A stretch of DNA of 64,000 bases from Octopus bimaculoides. Its lineage: Eukaryota. A model generated the notes under the pieces. The model did no database searches. It was not told the DNA's origin and was given only the letters and a program-made list of their open reading frames with translations. Within the stretch, counting starts at the first letter, position 1; the number at the start of each line of letters is the position of its first letter. Shown here one piece after another: positions 38,798 to 51,560 of this stretch. The stretch covers positions 72,179,831-72,243,830 of the forward strand of contig NC_068985.1 of assembly GCF_001194135.2 (NCBI RefSeq), written 5' to 3'. A program made the position numbers and the translations under genes.

Positions 38798-41499
38798 CAT
38801 GCATATATGTATATCACCCCACTTAGTCAAGAGAGCTTTTTCTATGTATTGAGAGTTACTTGGCAACCTCACTAGTACTGGTGCCACGAAAATAAAGCAC
38901 TCAGTGCATTTTGTATATTCACTGACATTAGGAAAAGCATCCAGCTGTAGAAACCATGCCAAAGCAAACACCAAAGTTCAATGCCATCCTGCAGTTCATC
39001 AGATCCTGTCACACTGTCCAACCCATACAAGCATGGAAGATGAATGTTGAATAATAATAATAATAATGATGATGATGATAATAACAACAACAACAACAGT
39101 AATAATAATAATGAGGATAATGATATGATATAATACAAGATATTATTTACAATACTAAAAAGAAAAAAAACTAACAAAAAGTGTATTTACTATTACTAAT
39201 GATCTAATACAACCATCCCAGTTATTCAATCAAGTTCAATTGAGATTAGATACATTTGCTTTGCCATTCCTCTCTATGATCAACAAATCAAGAAACTGCA
39301 GCAGAAAAATTAAACTAAATACTATCTCTGCTGCTTGACAGCAATGACACCATATTAGGGAAAGTACAGTAGCAGCAGACTTAAATTCAACCAATTCATT
39401 TCTATTTCAATATTTTTCTTTTTCCCAGATTCCTGATAGTTTCCCCCCTTTCTCTCTTATTATTGAATATTTGTGTTATTGATTAGTTTTTGATATCGAT
39501 TAGGTTTTCAGTGAAAATTTCTTTCATGAAAACTGTAGAAGAAAGGATTACAGAAAATATTTTCATGAGGATTTTTTTTTTTTTTCATTTAATATTGGAA
39601 GTTAAAAATTTGAATGACACATTCATATAAAATATAGATATTTGCAATACACTCACTTAGTCATACACATATATCTGTATTTATACATATCATCATCATC
39701 ATCATTCATCAATATCATCATCACCAGCATCATCATCATCATCATTATTGTTTTTGTATCCACTTTTTCCTGCTGGCTTGGGTCAGACAGGACTTTTCGA
39801 GGCTGTGTTTTTACAGCCAGATACCCTTCTTGATGTCAACATTTTTTTTAGTCATTTTTTATAATGCTCACAGATATGGTATCAAACTGTATTCTAAAAA
39901 ATATATAATTTTATTTACACATATAGGCAAATTTGCTTAATATGTATGCAAATTTATGCATGTATCTAATTATATGCTTGCATGTGCATAAACACATCTT
40001 TGTGTTTGCTTGTACATGTTTGTGGGTGCATGCACTTGTTAAATGACTTTGTTGCATCAGATTATGAAATATATTATAACATTATCTCAAGCATTTATGT
40101 TTAGAGATATTAGATGATAGTCCATTATAGCTATGTACATAAACTGTTAATTCTGTATTGGGTCATTGTATTTCACTAAGTTGGCATCATTAGACATGAA
40201 ACATTCACATCTGCGTGACAGATGCCCTCCATCCACTACAATTCATGTTTTGTTTTTTCTGTTTGTTCTTTGTAGCCCTAGAGAACAATATGCGTTCAGT
40301 GGTTATTTGCACTAAGTAAATATTTTTATGAGAATGTTTAAGTACATTTTTCTTTTTTTGTTTTCTCTGTTTTTCTCTTTTTAATACTTGTATTTATCAC
40401 CACTTTGGAACTTGTATAAAAAAAAATTTTTTTTAAATATTCTGTCTCTAGAATTTTGTACCTTCTGACATCATTAATCTGAAGTAAATAATTTCTTTGG
40501 TTTTGCTGTTGAATCAAGCAGACCTATTGTTGTTGTTGAATCAAGTATTCGAGTATACATATCATCAAAGATCTTCTGGATATAGTGGTTACAGTTTCCT
40601 ATATATCGTTCCTATTTTTAAGACTATAGGTTTTGATCTGAGTGAGTTTTATTGACTTTTCTAGCAGAATGAGCAACCTAATATGAGCTCCATTACACTG
40701 AAGCAATGCTGATTCACTAGTTATGATCATTTATACCTATCCTAGTACCTGACTGATACTTTATTTTATCACTTGAACAAGCATGAAAAAAAATGTTAGC
40801 CTGAGTAGTTTTTGAACTCAAAATATAACCAAAAACCACAAAAGAGAAAGAAAAAATGTTCAATACTCTAACAATTCTGCCAATTTATTATGATTGTTGC
40901 TTGCTTCTCAGTAATAAAGCAAATATACAGACACAACTTTTGAAGACAAATGTAAAGAAAGGTACTGTACCAACAATGGTCAGGTAGAGGTCATTCAGTC
41001 TTAAAACCCAGTGTTGAACAATACCTGCTAGATATTTCAAGCTACATCTAATGATCTAGGTATATTTTTTTACTCTACTGTGGAGCATGTTTAGTTGAAT
41101 AGTGTAGACTGCCAATAGTTTCATTTGTAAAGTGATTGCTTCATAGTAACTTTCTTTCATTTATTCATCAAATTTTGCTAGCTGAAAGAGGTAGTGACCT
41201 TCCTAACTCAGTGCAATTGATGCCATTAACATTCCACTCAAATTGTTATTGCAAGTCAACTCTAATGAAAAAACATGCAGGGAGAGAATTCCAGAGGGCT
41301 GATGTTCTGGGTATAGTGGTTCATGTGAGTCTTGGCTATTAGACACAATACAGGTAATGAAAAGAAGAGAAGTGAGTTGAGATTGCTTGAGTGGTAGTGA
41401 TGGTGGTAATGGTATAAAATCATCCTGCTCTGAGAAACAGAGGCCAATGTATTAACAATGGCAAAAGCAATGAGAAGACACATGTCTGTGGGTCAGAAA

Positions 41500-41700
41500 G
41501 TGGAGTGTATTTGTGAATGATTTCATGTCACTTAGTTGAGTGGCCTTTCTCTGGATACAGTTGAATTTGTCTGTGTGTGTAGTAGCAGCATTATCCCAGA
41601 TGGGACAGCAGTACTCCATTATGCATCTCACTTGAGCTCTGAAGAGGCTTAGTGGTTGTCAGCCTAAACTTTACAGAAGCTTTGTAGTTCTCTGTCTTTT
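41500..41700 (-). mobile_element. CR1/L2-group LINE remnant (same family)
   Basis: Minus strand SLFRAQVRCIMEYCCPIWDNAATTHTDKFNCIQRKATQL. Confidence 0.8.
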
Positions 41701-42069
41701 CTTCTCCATTCCTCTTGTACTCTCCTGTTTTCTATCTTTGTACTTCCTTCCACTCTCACCATGATATATTATAGTTGCAGTTTGAGATGCATAACTAGAT
41801 ATATGACAGCTGTACACACATGATCAAGGAGCTGCTATATGGTTGGTAGACCTGCTAGAAATAGCAATCAAGTCTCCTTCAAATCATATTTTATTGTCTT
41901 TTGCAAAAGAGGAAAATAGTCTGTCTGATTAGGGGTCAAACCTTAGAAACAGACTCAATAAAGACATGTCCTTCCAAGTGATATCTGTCCATTAACTGTC
42001 CAATAGAAGTTAGTTAATACTGTCTATGGCTACCATCTTCAGACTTATACCATTAAGCATTATTACTTC

Positions 42070-42235
42070 ATAGACATGATAACTAATATAATTCAGGATT
42101 CACATCATGATAATTCAGGATATTACTATATTCTAAGATTATATCATGATAATCTGTGATTGTAACATAGTAATCTGAATTTATATCATGCTAATCCAAC
42201 TTTATATCATGATAACATAAGATTATATCAGGCTA
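42070..42235. repeat. Degenerate ~20-bp minisatellite (GATTATATCATGATAATC-like)
   Basis: TATCATGATAA/ATCATGCTAA cores recur several times. Confidence 0.6.
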
Positions 42236-42985
42236 GGTATCTTGGAACCATATTGCATATCACCATGTTTATATTTTTATTATGCATTTTGTTTCTCCTC
42301 TGACTTTTGTTGCTTCAGTTCTATGTACATAAGTGACAGCACATTTATTTCTTCCTATTTTAGAAGTATCTTTTGATAGCACTCATTGGTTCTCTTGCCA
42401 TCTTCATCTATTCTACTGCTTCTGTTGCATATAATCTACACACATTGTTACTCAGCTCTTGTGCACTGTTTCACTTCTACTCAGTAACTTCATTGTTGGC
42501 TAAGAAATTGTGCAAGCACACTTCAGTAGCCCAAGGGGGAAAGCTTCTCTCTTTCTTATCATGAACCACACTGTTTATTTCAAATTGGAGCAGTTTCTTT
42601 ACAATGGATACAAAGAGAAAGGAGAAATAGAGAAATGGAGAGATCTATATGGATCTGAAGTCAGAGTTGGAGGGAGTGATACATCCAGGATAGAAAGAGA
42701 AATTTGGGAAAATTAAAGGGAGTAAGGAATGAGGGATATAATTTATAATTCTTTGCCTGGTGGGTTTGTCTATTTGTTATTTTCTTAGTGTTGTTCATGC
42801 AACTGCTTTTCCATCTGATTTCTAGAGGTCTCAGTTCACTTACGTTTAGAACAGGTCGCTGAAGGTCTTTCCACAGAACATAAGCTTCTTAAAGCAGTAT
42901 CAGACAATTGATTTTCTGTCCTACATTTTCTTTTGTTACTGCTGAAATTTTCATAAATCATGGAACAGTCATTTGCCCATGTCTA

Positions 42986-43030
<45 letters not shown>

Positions 43031-43036
<6 letters not shown>

Positions 43037-43076
43037 TGCACACGAGTGTACGAGTGGTTCAGATATTTTCAAGATG
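43031..43076 (+). mobile_element. Isolated 46-bp mariner transposase fragment inside a microsatellite
   Basis: ATGAGATGCACACGAGTGTACGAGTGGTTCAGATATTTTCAAGATG is near-identical to 44654-44699. Flanked by (TA)n and (TG)n. Confidence 0.8.
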
Positions 43077-43173
43077 TGTGTGTGCGTGTGTGTGTGTGTG
43101 TGCATCATCTTCATAATTCAACATCTATGTTCCATGTTGGTATGAGTGTGTGTATATATATGTATAGCTTTGA

Positions 43174-43226
<53 letters not shown>

Positions 43227-44302
43227 CAAAGCTAGATTCAGTCCATTGCTATGAGCTTTTCAAATTGTACTTTTGTTCAAGTCACAAACAGTTTCATTGA
43301 ATTAATAAATATAAACTAAAACATATATACCAAGCACTTTTTCTTCTATTTTTACACCCAAATATATACATTCATACACTCACCCATACATATGTGTGTG
43401 TGTGCATACAAACATACACAAGTATACATATATAGATGTGATACAAGCACATAAGCACAGTATGCATATTTACAGTCGCACACACACACACACACACACA
43501 CACATGAACTTATCTATTTAGTTAGTCTTGATGTACAGTATATTATAATTATAAGCATTCTTGACATGACCATCTCCATCACTTTATTGTCAATTTTTGT
43601 ATATCTGATATTATATTGTCCTATATATCCTTCTTTTGCTAAGGCAGTAGGGTGAGGTATGGTGGTGATTTGGCTGCTATGTCTGACAAGTTGAGTGATA
43701 ACATTGAAACTTTCTCATTTTGCTTCAATAGATCTAGTTTTCAACTGAAGGTTGAATTAAAAATATCCATTTCAAATAATTTAATATTTCTTTTTTCCCC
43801 TGTTTTATTTGAAGAATTCTGTTAATATATTTTTCTCGGTTGAAAGACAAAAACATTATCTTTTATTTTCTCTATTTGTTTCTCACTCTTTTAACATACT
43901 CTAGTTATCTATCTGTCTGGCTGTGTATTTATCTATATTATCTTGCAGTCTGTCTTCCTTTTTCTCATTGGTTCATAACCAATATCTAAATATCTAAAAC
44001 AGTAATACCTACATCCAAATAAATAGTCATTTCTTGATAGAAATACTTCTTTGAAATCTTACAATAGATGGTGAATGTAAGCAACATGTATGTGATTGTA
44101 TAATCGTGTGCATGTGTGTGTAGGTATATATATATACATATATATTCTTTTACTTGTTTCAGTCATTTTGAGCACTGCCTTATTCTTTGTAAGTCTAGTA
44201 CTTATTCTATTGGTCTCTTTTGCCAAACTGCTAAGTTACAAGGACGTAAATAAACCAGCATTGATTGTCAAGCGATGGTGGGGGACACACACACAGATAC
44301 AA

Positions 44303-44355
<53 letters not shown>

Positions 44356-44383
44356 ATTGTGTGTGTATATATATATATATACA

Positions 44384-45272
44384 TGAGGTCTGATCAATAA
44401 GTATCCAAGCTGTTGCCATAGTAACGAAGCAAAAGCACAGAGTGAATTCACTTGGCAAAGATTGACCTTGAACTTTGCTGTGCATGCGCACTAAGTTTTA
44501 ATGTTCTACCTCACTTCTGTTGTTTACTGCAGTGCTTGGAAGGAAGGTGTGTAGCATGTGACTATCACAGTGACCACAACAGAGAAAGTTGTCTTGGTGA
44601 TACCTGCTCAGGGGTCTATGCAAAGTTGCAGAAAGTGTATGGAGAGGAGTGTATGAGATGCACACAAGTGTACAAGTGGTTCAGATATTTTCAGGATAGC
44701 CAAAAAATGTCCATATTGACAAATGTTCTCAGAGAACTGCAATCACCAGAACTGAGAAAAACATCACAGTTGTGATTGCAGCTGTGAGGGGAAATCGCCG
44801 ACTTAACATCCGCGAGTTATCAGAGGATGTGCAGATTAATTACAGTTCAGTTCAGTCCATTATCACTGAAGATTTGGGTATGAGATGCATGTCTGCCAAG
44901 TTTGTGCCACAACTGCTTTCAGCTGACCAAAAAGACACTCGGGTTTCAGTTGCACAAGATCTCCTTGATTGTGTTGAGAACGATGAAAACTATTTGAAAA
45001 CTTTGCATAGGCCTCTGAGCGGGTCTCGCCAAGCTTTTGGCAAAATTTAATGCAGATTCTCTGCTCAACTCTGTCATAGTCAATGCAATGATCACACGCT
45101 ATGCACCTTCCTTCCAATCACTGCTGTAAACAGCGGAAGTGAGCTAGAGCGTTAAAATTTAGTGCGCATGCATAGCAGAGTTTAAGGTCAATCTGTGTCA
45201 AGCAGCTTCACTCTGCATGCTTTAGCTTCATTACTATGATAACAGTCCGGATACTTATTCATCAGACCATGC
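44384..45272 (+). mobile_element. Non-autonomous mariner derivative with long (about 240-270 bp) inverted arms and N-terminal transposase fragment
   Basis: Ends TGAGGTCTGATCAATAAGTATCC / GGATACTTATTCATCAGACCATGCA-TA. Arms 44384-44625 and 44999-45272 are reverse complements. Internal frameshifted KLQKVYGEECM..VYKWFRYF..NRRLNIRELSEDV..DLGMRCMSAKFVPQLLSADQK..ENYLKTL (mariner HTH and WVPR-like linker), ending before the catalytic domain. Confidence 0.9.
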
Positions 45273-45669
45273 ATATATGTATTATAATAGGGGAGGCTGG
45301 TTTACATTAGCTGCTCCACATCTTAGAGTGTGCTTCTCCAGATTTATTTTCTTTCACTCGGTTACAAATGAGACAACATAGAGTAGTAGGAACTCTTTGG
45401 CTATGCTGGCTTAAAACAATGTCACTAGTGTTTAGTGTCAGGATAGGATATCCCTCATACACTTCATTAACTGGTTGGCATACAAAGAGACACTATAGTA
45501 TTTAGATGATGACTGTAGGGCTGACTTAATTCTTGCCAAGGGGCAGAACACCCTCTCTAGTGCTTTCAGCTAGTATGGGAGCAGCATATACAGTCTATAG
45601 TTAGTAACACTTTTATATAAACAATGGATTGAAAATTCCAAACATGATAAACAGTTGGAACATTTTTAG

Positions 45670-46085
45670 TAAAAATATCTGGAGAAGACCCGTCAAAACC
45701 AAGTGAAATTGTTGTCATGGCCAATGCCAGTGTTGTATAATTGGCACCTGTGCTGGGGACATGTAAAAAGCACCCTTTGAATGTTGGGCTTCATGGAGTG
45801 AGTGACAAGTGACTGAGACCTTTGGTGATGTACCATGCTTGAGAGGGCCTGTCAAGCCAAGTGATATCATAGTCATGGCCAGTGCCGGTGTTGTGTAACT
45901 GGCAGCTATGCTAGTGGCATGTGAAAAGCACCCACTATACTCTTGGAGTAGTTGGCGTTAGGAAGGGCATCCAGCTATAGAAACCATGCCAAATCAGATT
46001 GGAAGCTGGTGCAGCTTACCAGTTTTCATTCAAGCCATCCAACCCATGCCAGCAGGGAAACTGGATGTTTAATGATGATGATGAT
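45670..46085 (+). mobile_element. 5'-truncated RTE LINE 3' end with (GAT)n tail
   Basis: Degenerate DLWxxxxLE-type ORF end, then 3'UTR GTTGGCGTTAGGAAGGGCATCCAGCT...CATGCCAGCA..TTAATGATGATGATG. Same family at about 16680-16850(+), 19565-19812(+), 38860-39060(+), 8470-8630(-), 58295-58490(-). Confidence 0.75.
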
Positions 46086-46408
46086 CTGTGACAAATTTTT
46101 CATGGTATCATGTTGAGACTTTGCAAGTGATGTTGAGGCTTTGGAGTGGACAAATATTGGTTTCAAGGCCAGCAACTTTGGGGGAAAAGGGTAAGTTGAT
46201 TACATCAACCCCAGTGCTTAACTGGTACTTATTTTATGGACCCTCCCAAAAGGATGAAAGGTAAAGTTGACTACAGTGGAGTTTCAACTCATAATGTAAA
46301 GACAGACGAAATGCCACTAAGCATTTTGTCTGTCTTGCTCATGACTCTGCCAGCTTGCTATCTTAGAGTGAACAAATATTGTAAGTATAGATGCTTTCTA
46401 TACTTACA

Positions 46409-47143
46409 AGTTTCATGGCCCAAAGCAATCTAATAATTGACCATTGCCACTTGAAAGAACATATGTTTGTTACTCATGTAACAAATTTTGTCTGTCTGAT
46501 GGTAGTCTGCAGAAACATGTCTCTTTGCACAACACCAATTGTCATGATTTTACATTGCATTTAACTGAGAAGAGATGTGAGTTACGGTAAACACTTGTAG
46601 ACTGTGGCTCGACATACAGTATATTATACTGTACATCAAGCCATCATTTCTATGGAAAATGGTAGAATTTCAAGGTATCTACTCTTCTGGGAATATTCTG
46701 GTAAAAGACTCCATCTCACAAACTCAAGTTAAGATAGGCTGTTTTAAATCTGATCTGTAGAAAGTATTATTTGTACGGAATGAAAAAAAAGTAGAAAAGG
46801 AATTGACTGAGCATCATGGAGAAAAAATCATTTAAAGTATTCAAGTATTTTGAAGAGAAATGAAACAAGATATAAGAAAAGAAATTAGGCATTAATAATC
46901 TCTCCAAATATTCTACTGGTAATTCTAAGTCTTTCTGAGGCAGGTCTAGTTAGCCATTCAAGTTTCATGACCCAAAGCAACGTAATAGTTAACCATTGCT
47001 ACTTGAAAGAACATGTATGTGTTACTCATGCAACAGGTTGTATCTGTCTCCTGGTAGTCGGCAGAGACATGTCACTTTATACAGCATCAGTTGTGATGAT
47101 TCTACATTGCATTTAACTAAGAAGAGATCTTAGTTATGGTAAA
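46409..47143. repeat. Gapless 183-bp direct duplication (46409-46591 / 46961-47143)
   Basis: Manual alignment gives 30 mismatches in 183 nt, no indels, offset 552 nt. Confidence 0.9.
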
Positions 47144-48561
47144 AGCTACAAAGTTATGGTAAAAAGCTACAAAAAAATCAGCTGGGCTAAAAAGTCAGCT
47201 TCACTTTGATGCTCATTATGAAGCAATGATCATGCCTTTTATTGAGTTTGTTAACTTTTTTTTATCTTTAGCTTGTTTCAGTCATTAGACTGTAACCAAG
47301 CTTAATCAAACTAATCCACCCCAGTACTTATCTTTTAAGTCCTGTACTTATTTCATCAGGCTCTTTTGATGGACCACAGGTTAAGGGGATGTAAACAAGC
47401 CAACACTGGTTGTCAAGCAGTGGTGAGAGACAAGCAAATGCACATAGACACCCACACATAGATATATATATATATGGAAAAGTGGATGTTAAAATGATCA
47501 TGCTGATGATATGTATATATGCTTGTGTATGTACTGATATATATACATATGTATGAATATATGAATGTATGTGTATTTATATATATGTATAGGCACATAC
47601 CTACACTTACATAAATACATACTTACAGACACATAGTAAAATAGAAGGCTACAGATAAACAGGGAGCAGAGAGAGAACAACATAAAGACAGGAGGAAGGC
47701 AGTAATGCTAAACAGAAGATATGCTTGCTATGAAGAAAGAATACACTCAACCCTGGAATCAATATATTTACCTTCTTTATCGTTTGATAAAATGCATCCC
47801 CAGTGACTTCACTGTACTATGTATATCAATAACAAGCAACTTAGTTTATCTCAGCAAGGAAAGTTAAGATAATGAAAGCATAACGAAAAGCGTATAAAAA
47901 AAATGCAATAAAACACTGAAAGAAGAGGAAATAGAAACACTATCACTACCATGACCATTTTTGTACCTTAGTATCATCTACCTTACTCTGACCTCAACTC
48001 TTCATCTTCTGCCTCTCTCTTTTTTCAATTTTATAATAGTCTTAGTATAAAAGATATGCTCCCAAACAGAATGACTAAGAAGAGGCTGTAGTGAGAAAAT
48101 ATGAAACACACACACAGACTAAAGCACACACAGAAACGCAAAAACTGGCACTCATACATTCAGATGTGTTTTTTTTTCTATGTGTTGGTCTTATGTCATT
48201 TGCAACAGATATGTTATTACTCAAATATGAAACTAAGTAATAATGTGTTAATCTCTATATTGACCATATTTGTATACTTATATTTTATTCTTCACCTGTA
48301 TTGAGTACTGTTTGTTGATGTTAATTCCTTTACAATACTAAATGCATGTACATGATTGCTTATATATTGTGAAGGCACATTGCTTAGTGGTTGGGTATTT
48401 GGCTCATGATCATAAGGGTGTCTGTTCTATTCCTGGTGGTACATTGTGTTCTTGAGCAAGACACTTTATTTTATATTGCTCCAGTCTACTCAGCTGGCAA
48501 AAATCATGTAATTCCTGTATTTCAAAGGGTCAGCCTTGTCGTAATTGACTGAGTGCCATTT

Positions 48562-48608
<47 letters not shown>

Positions 48609-48827
48609 NNNNNNNNNNNNNNNNNNNNNNNNNNNNNNNNNNNNNNNNNNNNNNNNNNNNNNNNNNNNNNNNNNNNNNNNNNNNNNNNNNNNNNNNNNNN
48701 NNNNNNNNNNNNNNNNNNNNNNNNNNNNNNNNNNNNNNNNNNNNNNNNNNNNNNNNNNNNNNNNNNNNNNNNNNACACCAGCACCAGTTGTCAAGTGCTG
48801 GTGAGGGACAAACATAGAAACAAAGAA

Positions 48828-48871
<44 letters not shown>

Positions 48872-49990
48872 GACAGGCTTCTTTCAGTTTCCGTCTACCA
48901 AATCCACTCACAAGGTTTTGGTCAGCCCGAGGCTATGGTAGAAGACACTTGCCCAAGGTGCCATGCAGTGGGACTGAACCCTGGAACCATGTGGTTGAGA
49001 AGCAAGCTTCTTACCACACAACCATGTCTGTGCCTATGCATACAAATATATATATCTATAAATATGCATGCAAATACACACATCTATACATGCACACACA
49101 CACTCACATATATATAAATATATATACAAGTTTTAGCAGTTTTCTCATGGTCTGTATTCCCTCTAAGCTGTGTACTTGTGTACACACATACACTCGCTTT
49201 ACAATCAGTACACAAAAATAAAAAGAAAAAAGTGCACACAATGTTTTCATGATGAAATCAAATTTTGGGGGTTTGAAGAAGTTTGAACAGTAGTTACTTA
49301 CATTGAGGTGCACATGCTTTGCAAAGAAAGACAAAATTTACATACAAGCAAATTTATGTGCACATCCACAGCAAAAAAAAAAAAAATTACAGGGGAGTTA
49401 GCTCATGTTTGTGTGTGTGTATATATGTGTAAGTGTATTGCTTCAACACGAAAACATAATATAGTCAAGTATATATATTATAATGCACACATATTTTATA
49501 TATGCTCTCCCTAGAGATGGACCCATTTTTCTGGCATTAATGTGTATATAAAATTAGGTGCAGATGAGAGCATTATATATGCAGTTTGAGAGTATTATTG
49601 ATTTTTTATACATGCCAGTTTTGCCACAATCTTTTTGCTGGTCTTGTTAAATTCTACTGGAATCTACCATGACCAGCAAAAAATTTGAGAAAACTCAATA
49701 CTATCTCTCTGTTTACAATCCAGTTGCTTACTCAAACTTCAGAATTGAACATCAATGATTGCATTCAAAAGAAGGCTATAGATATTCTATAGATATGCTT
49801 TTAATTTTTACTTGTTTCAGTCATTAGACCGTGGCAATGCTGGAGCACCACCTTGAAGAATTTTTAGTTGAAGGAATTGACCCCAGTACTTATTTTTGTT
49901 AAGCTTGGTGCTTATTTTATTGGTCTGTTTTGCTGAACTGCTAAGTTACAGGGACGTAAACATACCAACACTGGTTGCCAAGTGCTGGTG

Positions 49991-50031
<41 letters not shown>

Positions 50032-50068
50032 ACATATATACATTTACATACACACACGCACACATATA

Positions 50069-50503
50069 TCTATATAAAATACACTTTAATTGAAATACAG
50101 CTTCCCTAAGATGAAACATAGCTAATATAATAAATGTGAATGTCAGTGTGTCACACTTTTTCAACATTACTCCTAGAGGCCATAGCCCAACATATCGTAC
50201 CATTTTGGAATCTAGTTGACTCTGTGAGTAAATTAAAGACATTCCGGGCCGAATCTGGACCTGCAATCCTGAAATTTTGGATTTCTATGTTTTCATTACT
50301 GCGATTGTTTTCGACAAATTTTTTTACATGATTTTTAGCGACAAATATGATGATCATTGGGATATGACCCTGGAGGAAGCAATTGCAACAGATTCTCCAA
50401 AACAATTCAGAGATCTGTTTGCAGATCTTCCCATTCGGGGTTAGTTTCTTAAAAGCTACATACTACCTTAAAATCCACCCTATCGGGCGGCTTTTAAATC
50501 TAG
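50069..50503 (+). mobile_element. Short non-autonomous Helitron carrying a Rep/Helicase fragment
   Basis: 5' A|TCTATATAAAA (TC 50069-70). 3' hairpin CCACCC-TATC-GGGCGG (50475-50490), then 9 nt, then CTAG|T (50500-50503). Internal DDHWDMTLEEAIATDSPKQFRDLFA (50349-50423) resembles the Helitron RepHel motif DDxxWxxTLEEAxxxxSPxxLRxLFA. The 5' end is less certain than the 3' end. Confidence 0.8.
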
Positions 50504-50969
50504 TATATATATATATGTATATATATACAATGGGTTTCTTTCAGTTTCCATTTATCAAATCCACTTATAAGGCCTTGGTTGGCCCAAGATTATTGTAAAA
50601 GACACTTGCTCACAAAATAGTCATCTATTCACTTAGAAGGCAAGAGTCAACCTGACATTATACTAAATAACATTTAACCAAGATACTGGAATCAAACCCA
50701 GTACTTCATGATAGTGAAACAAACGTTTTAACCACACTAACATAGGTTCATGCATACACGTGTTCAGTCTTTCATACACTGGGAGGAAGAAATCAAGAAA
50801 ATAAATGACTTAGAGATGGAATTGGAGAGAGACAGTTAAAGAAGAGAGACAAACAGACTTTTTAGTCATCTGAGTATCTATGACCACATTATTCAGTGTC
50901 TTTTCTATTTTATGACATAATCTATTATGTATATATGTGTGTGTATATACTGGTTTGGTCTAAAAGTAG

Positions 50970-51560
50970 GGGATGTGCCCATAGCATTTGCAGAGTCTCT
51001 GAGACCAGGAAGATTGATACACTAATATTCTACTTACACTGTTGCCAGTTTAACAGCTGCAAGAGAAGCCTAGACAGGGTAGGAATTCCAGAGAATTGCA
51101 TTTTGGATGGTTTGGGGTTTGAGAGTTGAACACAGTATTGTTAACAAGAGGAAAAAGAGTCAAGGGAGTCTGAGTAAAGTTTGTTTGGGACCAACCTGCT
51201 CTGTAGAGTAGAGGTAATTATAGTTGCAGTACAAAAAGTATAGTGAGAGGTCACAGCACATCTGTGTGTAAGCAGTTGAAGTGTTGATGAACAACTTCAT
51301 GCCAATCAGTTGGATAGTATCGTATTGCAGTCTAGGATGTTTGTATGTGAGTGGTCACAGTGGCATGATCACAGATATAGGAGCAGTTGTCTTTTGTAGG
51401 TCTAAAATGTGCTTTGAGAGAAATGTTAGTTATTGGTGAGGAACTGAAACATTGTCTGGCTATGAAGAGGAAAGTCAGTCTTGGAGATATTGTCTTAGCT
51501 GTGCTGAAGATGTGTCCACTAAGAGAGATCTTTAGTAATTATGAGGATCCTTGGTGCTGT
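50970..51560 (-). mobile_element. CR1/L2-group LINE remnant (same family)
   Basis: Minus strand KAHFRPTKDNCSYICDHATVTTHIQ.., followed by degenerate downstream sequence. Confidence 0.65.

Noticed and set aside
39429-39482. Strong pyrimidine tract and AG followed by IPDSFPP in phase 0
   Set aside because: No credible donor before the stop, and no CC2/CC3 motif.
40276-40315. Exon-like segment tgtAG|...|GTaaat
   Set aside because: Phase-0 reading stops at once (CCC TAG). The alternative acceptor gives an unrecognisable peptide.
17690-51560. Several LINE remnants covering the same protein segment
   Set aside because: Expected from 5' truncation of LINE copies, so not a special system.
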